Shown here: one piece after another, positions 40,455 to 52,704 of the stretch
Numbering within the stretch: position 1 is the stretch's first letter
How the letters are laid out: each line of letters begins with the position of its first letter
From: Candidatus Limnocylindrales bacterium
GTDB taxonomy: Bacteria; Chloroflexota; Limnocylindria; Limnocylindrales; CSP1-4
Direction of reading: 5' to 3'
Assembly (NCBI GenBank): GCA_038204565.1
Contig: JBBRCU010000013.1
Span: 1,014-65,013 of the forward strand
Length of the DNA: 64,000 bases
Made by a program: the position numbers and the translations under genes
The notes under the pieces: generated by a model
Databases searched by the model: none
The model's input: only the letters and a program-made list of their open reading frames with translations
Told to the model about the DNA's origin: nothing

Positions 40455-42377
40455 TCAGTTCGACTGGTAGAAGTTGCCGCGCTGGAGAAGGTAGAAGTTC
40501 CGGTAATCGTGCTTGATATGGAAGTGGAGCTGGAGGTAGTACTTCACGATTTCGGTCGCCGCGTTGCCCTTGGTTCGCGAATCGTACGCGAAGGCCAGGA
40601 CGACGAGGCTCGCATCCTCGCGCGAGACTGCCTTCATTCCATCAGGATCGGAGGCCGTCTTCGCCGGATTCTTCGGGACGAACGCGACGAACCAGGAGTG
40701 GAATGGCAGGCGGCCCTTGTTGTCGCGCAGCCCGAATTCCGCCGTCCCGGACTTGCCGGCGACCACGATCGGAAGATCGACGAGGTTGTAGGTGTGGCGG
40801 ACGAGGAGGACGTTGCGCGCAGCCTGGCGCATGATCTGGAGATCCGCCTTCGGAACGTCGAGCTTGCGGATCAGCTTGGGGATGAACGGACGGACGACGG
40901 TGCCGTCCGGTCCGATGATCTCGCGGACGATCTGGGGCTGGTAGAGCTTGCCGCCGTTGGCGAGGGCAGCGTAGGCGTTGGCGAGCTGGATCGGGGTGAC
41001 GACGTCGTAGCCCTGGCCGATCCCCGCCTGGTAGGTCTCGCCGGGATAGATCGGCTGCCCGAGAGCCTCTTGCTTCCAGGCATTGTTCGGGACGATCCCC
41101 GACACCTCTCCGGGAAGATCGATACCGGTCGGTGCGCCAAACCCGTACTCCCTCGCCCAGTGCGCCAGGCGCTCGATTCCGAGCATGCCGGCCAGCTGGT
41201 AGAAGAATGTGTCGCTCGAGTGAGCGAACCCGAGCCTGATCGGGATCGGGCCCCAGCCGCGATGATTCCATTCCCAGAATCGCGTGCTTCCGAGCGTCAG
41301 AAAGGCCCGTGTCGTGACGCGGCTCGTCGCGGTGATCTTGCCATCGGCCAGCGCGCCGCTGCCGGTGACAAGTTTGTACGTCGAACCCGGTGGGTAGTGA
41401 GCCTGGACGGCATGGTTCAACAGCGGCTTGTCCTTGTTGTTGGCCAACTTCGCGAAGTCCTTCGACGAGATCCCTTTCGCGAATGCGTTGTCGTCGTAGG
41501 TCGGCAGGCTGACCATCGCGAGGATCTCACCGTCCTGGGGGTTCATCACGATCACGACTCCCCGCTTCAGACCGGCGGCGCGCATCCCCCACTGAAGGGC
41601 CCTCTGCGCGTACTGCTGCTCCTGGACGTCGATCGTCAGCCGGAGTGAGCTACCGTCCTGCGGCTCCTTGGTTCGCTGCAGGACCTGGAGCTTGCGACCG
41701 ACCGCGTCGCGCTGGACGGTCTCACTGCCGTAGACCCCGCGCAGGTCGCTCTCGTAGTAGGCCTCGAGGCCGGTCTTTCCGAGCAGGTCGTCGGGAAGGT
41801 AGCCCTGCTTCTTCAGGTTATCGAGCTGGTCTGCGGTGACCGGACCGGTATAGCCGAGCAGTTGGGCGACGAGGGGGCCTTGCGGGTACTCACGACGCGC
41901 CTCGGTGACGACCTCCACGCCGGGCAGCTGATCGCCGGACTCTGAGATCAGGTTGGACGTCGCCTCGGGCACATCCGAGGCGATCGAGACGAGATCGAAT
42001 CGAGAACCCGGGTTGCCGTCGATCTCGCCGTTGATATCTGCGACCTTCATGTTCAGGAGGGCCGCCAGTCGCGAGACGACCTCGTCGCGGCGCTCTTCCG
42101 GGAGATCGACCGGGCGGAGCTTGACGGCATAGGTAAGGACGTTCTTGACGAGGACGCGCCCGGTCCGATCGAAGATCAGGCCCCGGGACGAAGGGATTGC
42201 CTGGTCAGTCTCGCGATTCACCTGGGTCAGGGCCGCAAACTGTCCGCCGCTGATGATCTGGAGATAGAACAGCCGCGTCGTGAGGCCGCCGATTGCAAGG
42301 ATCGCGGCGATGCCAAAGACCAGGAAACGAGACCCGGGCCGCCTTGCGACCACCCCACCGTCGAGGTACGGGTTCAT
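40455..42377 (-). CDS. mrdA: Penicillin-binding protein 2 (class B transpeptidase)
   Basis: N-terminal TM, PBP dimerisation domain, transpeptidase motifs STYK (PPGSTYKLV), SSD (AHSSDTFF), KSGT (GKSGTAE). Confidence 0.92.
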   Translation of the reverse strand: MNPYLDGGVVARRPGSRFLVFGIAAILAIGGLTTRLFYLQIISGGQFAALTQVNRETDQAIPSSRGLIFDRTGRVLVKNVLTYAVKLRPVDLPEERRDEVVSRLAALLNMKVADINGEIDGNPGSRFDLVSIASDVPEATSNLISESGDQLPGVEVVTEARREYPQGPLVAQLLGYTGPVTADQLDNLKKQGYLPDDLLGKTGLEAYYESDLRGVYGSETVQRDAVGRKLQVLQRTKEPQDGSSLRLTIDVQEQQYAQRALQWGMRAAGLKRGVVIVMNPQDGEILAMVSLPTYDDNAFAKGISSKDFAKLANNKDKPLLNHAVQAHYPPGSTYKLVTGSGALADGKITATSRVTTRAFLTLGSTRFWEWNHRGWGPIPIRLGFAHSSDTFFYQLAGMLGIERLAHWAREYGFGAPTGIDLPGEVSGIVPNNAWKQEALGQPIYPGETYQAGIGQGYDVVTPIQLANAYAALANGGKLYQPQIVREIIGPDGTVVRPFIPKLIRKLDVPKADLQIMRQAARNVLLVRHTYNLVDLPIVVAGKSGTAEFGLRDNKGRLPFHSWFVAFVPKNPAKTASDPDGMKAVSREDASLVVLAFAYDSRTKGNAATEIVKYYLQLHFHIKHDYRNFYLLQRGNFYQSN

Positions 42378-42919
42378 CGCGCCGTCCGTTCCTCGTCGTT
42401 CACGCGGTCGTGAATCGACACGATGAGCGGACCGAGAATCACCGCCACGACGACGTCATACAGAACGCTGGGCAACACGACTCGAAGAGGATCCGACAGA
42501 GCGGCCGGCGGGCGAAGAACCGAGAACAGCAGGACGAGGGTCATGGAATAGACCAGGCTCAGAAGGGCGGTCGCGATGATGGTCACGATGGGCCGAATCC
42601 GGGTCAGGACGCGGGCCAGGAAGCCCGTCGCCCCGACCACGATCAGCAATGCGAACGCTGTGCTCCCCAGCGGCCGCTGAGCGAGGGAGTCGAGGGCGAT
42701 GCCGCCGACGAAGGCCCAGACGAGTCCGCTGTCGAGTCCAGCAGTGACGGTCGCGATGACCGCCAGGACGAAGACGAGGTGCGGCTGGGCGGTTTCGCCC
42801 ACCCGAAGGTATTGCGTGATGGTCGATTCGAAGATTGCGGCCACCGTCGCTGCAATCGCGGCGACGAGCAAGGTCATGGTCGGTTCGATCCTCGGCGAGC
42901 CCAGGGTCGCGCCCTGCAT
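42374..42919 (-). CDS. mreD: Rod shape-determining protein MreD
   Basis: About 170-aa five-TM protein directly upstream of mrdA (4-nt overlap). Pattern GLDSGLVWAFVGGIALDSL is typical of MreD. The ATG at 42919 has GGAAG 8 nt upstream; ATG 42877 is an alternative. Confidence 0.75.
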   Translation of the reverse strand: MQGATLGSPRIEPTMTLLVAAIAATVAAIFESTITQYLRVGETAQPHLVFVLAVIATVTAGLDSGLVWAFVGGIALDSLAQRPLGSTAFALLIVVGATGFLARVLTRIRPIVTIIATALLSLVYSMTLVLLFSVLRPPAALSDPLRVVLPSVLYDVVVAVILGPLIVSIHDRVNDEERTAR

Positions 42920-43038
42920 CGTGCGTGACTTCCGACGACCTGCGGCGGCGGTGACGTTCGCATTGAGTATCCCACGGGCGCGCCGAACGCGGCAATGGGC
43001 CGTCGGCCCGGTTCAGGAGAGGCTAGATGCGGCGCCGT

Positions 43039-43054
43039 GGTTTCACGTGAAACC
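43039..43054. promoter_or_regulatory. parS: parS centromere-like site (perfect 16-bp palindrome GGTTTCACGTGAAACC)
   Basis: Matches the canonical parS TGTTTCACGTGAAACA at 14/16 positions (only the outermost bases differ). Lies 290 bp upstream of parA-parB. Confidence 0.78.
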
Positions 43055-43121
43055 CCGACACGTTGTTCACCGACTCGGCAATTTCGTTCGACGGCGACGA
43101 AGTGGACCACCCGACCAACCG

Positions 43122-43137
43122 GGTTTCGCGTGAAAGG
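43122..43137. promoter_or_regulatory. Degenerate parS-like site GGTTTCGCGTGAAAGG
   Basis: 12/16 match to the parS consensus, 83 bp from the perfect site. Confidence 0.4.
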
Positions 43138-43296
43138 CAATCAAGCCATGCGCGCCCCCAGCCTCGCTCCGGCCCTCCGATAGCGACGCGCCCTTGCGGG
43201 CGGAGTGAACCCCGTGAGAAGACCATGATGAGCCGCAGTGCAGCGGCAAACACGATCATCACCCTCCATTCCGATCCGGGGCTGGAGGCCTTCCGA

Positions 43297-43305
43297 TGCT
43301 AGAAT
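43297..43305 (+). promoter_or_regulatory. Possible extended -10 promoter element (TGcTAGAAT) for parA
   Basis: TGCTAGAAT lies 36 bp upstream of the parA GTG in an unusually AT-rich patch. No good -35 element. Confidence 0.25.
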
Positions 43306-43340
43306 TAGCCTTCGTGAGCGCATCGATTCGGCGGTCCTGA

Positions 43341-47634
<4,294 letters not shown>

Positions 47635-47638
<4 letters not shown>

Positions 47639-48603
47639 TGCCCGCCGGCGTGAGCCCGGTCACCGCCCGGGCCGCGGTCCTCGTCGCCGCCCGCCGGCCA
47701 GACGCTGCAGGCCTCGGCCGCCGCCTCGCCGACGAGATCGGCGACCCGGAGAGCTTCGCGGCGGTCCTCCGCGACGGCCTCGCCGCCTTCGCCGATCCGG
47801 AATACCTGGCCGGCCAGCGCCGCATCGCGCCGGGGATCGGCGACCTCCACGGCGTGCGCTGGCCGCTCCTCGGAGCGATCAACCGGGGCTTTGCCGAGGC
47901 GACCCGCGGTGAGCGGACGTCGAGTTGGCTGTTCATCGCCGACCGCCTGCTTCGCGAGCCCACGCTCGAGGCCCGCTGGTTCGCGTTCGGCCTGCTCGAG
48001 CGACTCGTCGTCGACGACACGGAGCGCGCCTGGCAGCTGCTCCGGCGGGCGGCGCGTGACGCGGGCGACTGGATCACGGTCGACAGCCTCGCCCATCCGG
48101 TCGGCACGGGCGTGCTCCTCGAGGACTACCGCTGGGCCGAGCTCGAGCAACTCGTGTACAGCCCGTCGCGCTGGGAGCGTCGGCTCGTCGCCAGCACGAT
48201 CGCCACGATCCCGTTCGTCGACCGCCGCCGCGGCCGCGCGACCCAGATCGCCGGACATGGCCTGGGCCTGATCCGTCAGCTGATCGGCGATGCCGAGCCA
48301 GACGTTCAGAAGGCCCTCGCCTGGGCCCTCCGCTCGATGACTCTGATCGATCGAGCCGCAGTCACCGCCGTCCTCGAGGCCGAAACCGACATCGCGGTGG
48401 CGACCTCGGACGGACATCGTGCCTGGGTCATCCGCGATGCCCTCTCGAAGGTCGAACCAGCCGACGCGGACCGGATCCGGCCACGCTTGGCCGGGATCCG
48501 CCGCCGCGCCGCCGCGCCATCCTCGTCGCGGGCCGCCGCGACGGCCCAGCGCTTCGGGGCCGGCCTCCTCGGCAGTCCGACTGCCGAGCCGCCGCTCACA
48601 TGA
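47635..48603 (+). CDS. DNA alkylation repair protein family (HEAT-like repeat, AlkD-like)
   Basis: Helical-repeat protein with WITVDSLAHPVG, RWERRLVASTIATIPF, DAEPDVQKALAWALRSM, which resembles the PF08713 family. ATG overlaps the upstream stop (GTGATG). Confidence 0.65.
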
Positions 48604-48655
48604 TGACCAATTGCCGCCGCTTGACCAACCGAACGTTCGTTAGGAGCTCTGACCG

Positions 48656-51217
48656 GTGACCGACGACCTGGGCAACATCCGCAGCATCCAAGTCGAGGAC
48701 GAGATGCGGGTGAGCTACCTCGATTACGCGATGAGCGTGATCGTGGCTCGCGCCCTGCCCGATGTCCGCGACGGTCTGAAGCCGGTCCACCGCCGGATTC
48801 TCTACACGATGGGCGAGATGGGGCTCAGTGCGACGAGCTCCTTCCGCAAGTGCGCCGCGATCGTCGGCGAGGTCATGGGCAAGTACCACCCGCACGGCGA
48901 CGTCGCCCTCTACGACGCGCTCGTCCGACTCGCCCAGGACTTCTCGATGCGCTACCCGCTCGTCGATGGCCAGGGCAACTTCGGCTCGGTCGACGGGGAC
49001 AGCGCGGCTGCGATGCGCTACACGGAGGCGCGCCTGACCGGGATCGCCGCCGAGATGCACGACGACATCGACAAGGAAACGGTCGACTTCCAGGATAACT
49101 ACGACGGCACCCAGAAGGAGCCGTCGGTCCTGCCGGCGAAGCTGCCGAACCTCCTGATCAACGGCAGCAGCGGAATCGCCGTCGGGATGGCGACCAACAT
49201 CCCGCCCCACAACCTCAGCGAGATCTGCGACGCGATCGTCGCCCTGATCGATGACCCCGACATCACGTCCGACGACCTCTCGAAGTTCGTGCTCGGACCG
49301 GACTTTCCGACCGGCGGCACGATCTACCGCTACGAGGTCCAGCGCAACCCGCTGACTGGCGAAAACGAGACCGTCGACGCGATCCGCCAGATGTACGCCC
49401 ATGGCCGCGGCCGAGTCGTCATGCGTGCTCAGGTCGCCTTCGAGGAGGTCCGCGGCGACCGGATGGCGATCATCGTCAGCGAGCTGCCGTACCAGGTGAA
49501 CAAGGCCAGCCTGCTCGAGAAGATCGCGGACCTCGTCAAGGACAAGAAGATCGACGGGATCAGCGATCTCCGCGACGAATCCGACCGCGACGGGATGCGG
49601 GTCTACATCGAGATCAAGCGCGACTTCAACCCGCACAAGGTGCTGAACAACCTGTTCAAGCACACCTCGATGCAGATGGCCTTCAACATGAACATGCTGG
49701 CCCTCGTCGACGGCCAGCCCCAGACGCTGCCGCTCAAGAGCGTCCTGGTCCACTACGTCGACCACCGCCGCGAGATCGTCCGGCGGCGGACGGAGTTCGA
49801 CCTCGGCAAGGCCCGCGCCCGGGCCCACATCCTCGAGGGCCTGAAGATCGCCCTCGACAACCTTGACGCGGTGATCCGGACGATCCGCGAATCGCGGGAC
49901 GTCGAGCTGGCCCGTACGAACCTGATGAGCCGCTTCGACCTCAGCGAGGTTCAGGCTCAGGCCATCCTGGACATGCGTCTCGCCCGGCTGGCCGCCCTCG
50001 AGCGCAAGAAGATCGAGGACGAGTATCTCGGTGTCATCCAGCTGATCGCGGAGCTGGAGGACATCCTCGCCAACCCGTCGCGCGTCCTCACGATCATCAA
50101 GGAGGAGCTGGCCGAGCTGAAGAAGAAGTTCGGCGGCGATCGTCGAACGCGGGTCGCCGACGATTCGAGCCGGGAGATGACCGACGAGGACCTGATTGCC
50201 GACGAGGACGTCGTCATCACGATCAGCGGCCGCGGCTACATCAAGCGCCAGCCGGTCGCGACCTACCGCCGCCAGCACCGTGGCGGCAAGGGGATCATCG
50301 GCCACGTCACCCGCGAGGAGGACGCGGTCGAACACCTGATCGTCGCCAACACCCATGACTGGGCCCTGTTCTTCACCAACCGCGGCCGAGTGTTCAGCGC
50401 CAAGGTCCACTCGATCGTCGACGCCAGCCGCCAGGCCAAGGGCACCCCCATCATCAACCTGCCGGGCGTTCAGGTCGAAGGCGGCGAGGTCCCGGTCGCC
50501 ACGATCGTCCTCAAGGACTTCACGGCCGGCAGCTTCCTGGTCCTCGCGACCCGTCGCGGACGGATCAAGAAGACGCCGCTCGAGCAGTTCGAGCGGGTCC
50601 GCTCGACCGGGATCCGGGCCATCACGATCGACGACAAGGACGAGCTTGCCTGGGTCGACAGCTCGACGGGCGACGACGACGTGATCATCGCCACGGCCCA
50701 GGGCAAGATCGCCCGGTTCCACGAGGCCGACGTCCGGCCGATGGGCCGCGATGCCGCCGGCGTCATCGGCATCCGGCTCGCCCGGGCCGGCGACTTCGTG
50801 GTCGCGATGAGCGTCGTCCAGCCCGAGACCGACATCCTCGTCCTGACCGAGACGGGCTACGGCAAGCGGGTCCAGCTCTCGGAGTTCCGGCCGATGCATC
50901 GGGGGTCGCAGGGCGTCCGGCTGATCAGCCTCGAAGGCAAGAAGACCGGCGACGTCGCCGCGGTCCAGCAGGTGACCGAGGACGACGAAGAGCTTCTCCT
51001 GATCTCGGCCGGCGGCCAGGTCGTCCGGACCGATGTCAAGACGATCAACCGCCAGCACGCCCAGGCCCGCGGCGTTATCACGATGCGGATGAACGAGGGC
51101 GATCGGGTGGTCGCGATCTCGGCGTTCCGTTCCGGGCTGGCGGAGCGCGATGGCATCGAGGACAATGACGCCCCCGAGCCGGGCGGGAGTGCCCCGGCCC
51201 CCAGCAGCGGCGCGTGA
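48656..51217 (+). CDS. gyrA: DNA gyrase subunit A
   Basis: [30 protein letters not shown], active-site region [11 protein letters not shown]-terminal beta-pinwheel repeats. GTG start with AGGAG 8 nt upstream. Confidence 0.97.
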   Translation: MTDDLGNIRSIQVEDEMRVSYLDYAMSVIVARALPDVRDGLKPVHRRILYTMGEMGLSATSSFRKCAAIVGEVMGKYHPHGDVALYDALVRLAQDFSMRYPLVDGQGNFGSVDGDSAAAMRYTEARLTGIAAEMHDDIDKETVDFQDNYDGTQKEPSVLPAKLPNLLINGSSGIAVGMATNIPPHNLSEICDAIVALIDDPDITSDDLSKFVLGPDFPTGGTIYRYEVQRNPLTGENETVDAIRQMYAHGRGRVVMRAQVAFEEVRGDRMAIIVSELPYQVNKASLLEKIADLVKDKKIDGISDLRDESDRDGMRVYIEIKRDFNPHKVLNNLFKHTSMQMAFNMNMLALVDGQPQTLPLKSVLVHYVDHRREIVRRRTEFDLGKARARAHILEGLKIALDNLDAVIRTIRESRDVELARTNLMSRFDLSEVQAQAILDMRLARLAALERKKIEDEYLGVIQLIAELEDILANPSRVLTIIKEELAELKKKFGGDRRTRVADDSSREMTDEDLIADEDVVITISGRGYIKRQPVATYRRQHRGGKGIIGHVTREEDAVEHLIVANTHDWALFFTNRGRVFSAKVHSIVDASRQAKGTPIINLPGVQVEGGEVPVATIVLKDFTAGSFLVLATRRGRIKKTPLEQFERVRSTGIRAITIDDKDELAWVDSSTGDDDVIIATAQGKIARFHEADVRPMGRDAAGVIGIRLARAGDFVVAMSVVQPETDILVLTETGYGKRVQLSEFRPMHRGSQGVRLISLEGKKTGDVAAVQQVTEDDEELLLISAGGQVVRTDVKTINRQHAQARGVITMRMNEGDRVVAISAFRSGLAERDGIEDNDAPEPGGSAPAPSSGA

Positions 51218-51251
51218 CGGCGCCGTGAGGCCGCTGGCTCCGGAGGGCGCG

Positions 51252-52361
51252 GTGTACGCCGATCAGTTCGAGATCTATCACGGCAACTCGAACCCGGAGC
51301 TGGCCCGGAAGATCGCCCGCTGGCTCGGCACGGAATGCGGCAAGGCCGAAGTCTTCCAGTTCGCGAACGAGAACATCTTCGTCAAGATCCTCGACAACGT
51401 TCGCGAAAAGGACGTCTTCCTGGTCCAGCCGACCTCGCACCCGGTCAACCAGTCGATCATGGAACTCCTGATCATGATCGACGCGTTCAAGCGGGCGAGC
51501 GCGGGGCGGATCACGGCGGTCATCCCGTTCTACGCCTACGGCCGGTCGGACAAGAAGGACCAGCCGCGGGTCCCGATCACGGCCCGCCTGATCGCCGACA
51601 TGATCACCGTCGCCGGCGCCGACCGGGTCCTGACGATGGACCTCCACCAGGGCCAGATCCAGGGCTTCTTCAACATCCCGGTAGACGAGTTGACGGCTGT
51701 CCACCTGCTCTCGAACTACTTCATCCACAAGCACCTGACCGATGTCGTGGTCGTGACCGACCTCGGTTTCGCCAAGCGCGCCCGGACCTTTGCCGAGCTG
51801 CTCGACGCGCCGCTCGCGATCATCGAGAAGCGCCGGATCGGGAATCTCGACCGGGCCGAGCTGATGAACGTCATCGGCGACGTCCGCGGCAAGCGGGCGA
51901 TCATCGTCGACGACGAGATCGACACCGGTGGCACGTTGACCGAGATCGTCCGGGCGCTCGAGCGCGAGGGCGTGACCGAGATCTACGCCTGTGCGACGCA
52001 CGGCGTCCTGAGCGATCCCGCCATCGACCGGATCCGCGACTCGAACCTGCTGGAGATCGTCCTCACGGACTCGGTCCCGCTGCCGGCGGTCAAGCGGCTG
52101 CCGCGGATCACCACCCTGTCGGTGGCGCCCCTGATCGGCGAGGCGATCAAGCGGATCCACCGCGGCGAGTCGGTCGGCGCGCTGTTCAGCAGCGAGGTCT
52201 CGTTCACCCAGGAGATGCTCCTCTGGGAGGACGGCCAGCAGCGCCAGATGGACACCCGCCAGGAACCGGACCACAACACGGACGCGGAGCCGGGCGCCGA
52301 CGGCGACGATGCGGAGGATGATCCAGTGCTCCTCGGCGTGACAGGACAGGGTGACCGATGA
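51252..52361 (+). CDS. prs: Ribose-phosphate pyrophosphokinase with an acidic C-terminal extension
   Basis: FANENIFVKILDNVREKDVFLVQ, YYGYARSDKK-like YAYGRSDKKD, DLHQGQIQGFF, IIVDDEIDTGGT. I chose GTG 51252, after the gyrA stop. The last roughly 55 aa are a non-canonical D/E-rich tail. Confidence 0.9.
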   Translation: MYADQFEIYHGNSNPELARKIARWLGTECGKAEVFQFANENIFVKILDNVREKDVFLVQPTSHPVNQSIMELLIMIDAFKRASAGRITAVIPFYAYGRSDKKDQPRVPITARLIADMITVAGADRVLTMDLHQGQIQGFFNIPVDELTAVHLLSNYFIHKHLTDVVVVTDLGFAKRARTFAELLDAPLAIIEKRRIGNLDRAELMNVIGDVRGKRAIIVDDEIDTGGTLTEIVRALEREGVTEIYACATHGVLSDPAIDRIRDSNLLEIVLTDSVPLPAVKRLPRITTLSVAPLIGEAIKRIHRGESVGALFSSEVSFTQEMLLWEDGQQRQMDTRQEPDHNTDAEPGADGDDAEDDPVLLGVTGQGDR

Positions 52362-52606
52362 CGCTTCAGCTCCATCGACCGGATGGCAAGGGCGGCGTGG
52401 AGCCGCGACCCGTCAACCAGGATTGGCGGCGCGGGATGCTCTCGCGCCGCTGGGGGCTGAACCGCCGCGGCGGCCAGCTGCCCGAGATGCAGAACCCGGA
52501 GATGAACCCGACCTCGACGGCGCTCGCGGTCCTGTTCTGGGCTGGCCTCGGCGCGCTGACCTTCGTGATCCTGGTCGCCGGCTACGTGACCCACTTCTGG
52601 GTCTGA
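52358..52606 (+). CDS. Hypothetical small membrane protein (82 aa)
   Basis: ATGA overlap with the prs stop. C-terminal TM helix ALAVLFWAGLGALTFVILVAGYV. No family recognised. Confidence 0.45.
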   Translation: MTLQLHRPDGKGGVEPRPVNQDWRRGMLSRRWGLNRRGGQLPEMQNPEMNPTSTALAVLFWAGLGALTFVILVAGYVTHFWV

Positions 52607-52704
52607 GCTGGAGTTCCCGATGATCCCGGCCGGGAGTTGATCGGCGATCCCTCCTGGCCGCCCTTGCCGGGGTTCGCCAGCACGGACCCTATACTTCAGC
52701 GGCC

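Noticed and set aside
42920-43340. Firm annotation of oriC with DnaA boxes and a DUE.
   Set aside because: Only 7/9 matches to DnaA-box consensus variants, no cluster of boxes, no AT-rich 13-mer-like unwinding element and no dnaA nearby. I report it as a hypothesis rather than a feature.
48596-51058. 820-aa ORF on the minus strand antisense to gyrA. Similar very long antisense or out-of-frame ORFs include 52696..55308 opposite secA, 18396..20237, 24955..27027, 7847..9145, 45799..47550 and 371..1306.
   Set aside because: Their translations are Arg/Asp/Gly/Pro-rich low-complexity strings with no recognisable domains. They lie opposite genes with unambiguous full-length homology. Long stop-free antisense frames are expected at about 70% GC.
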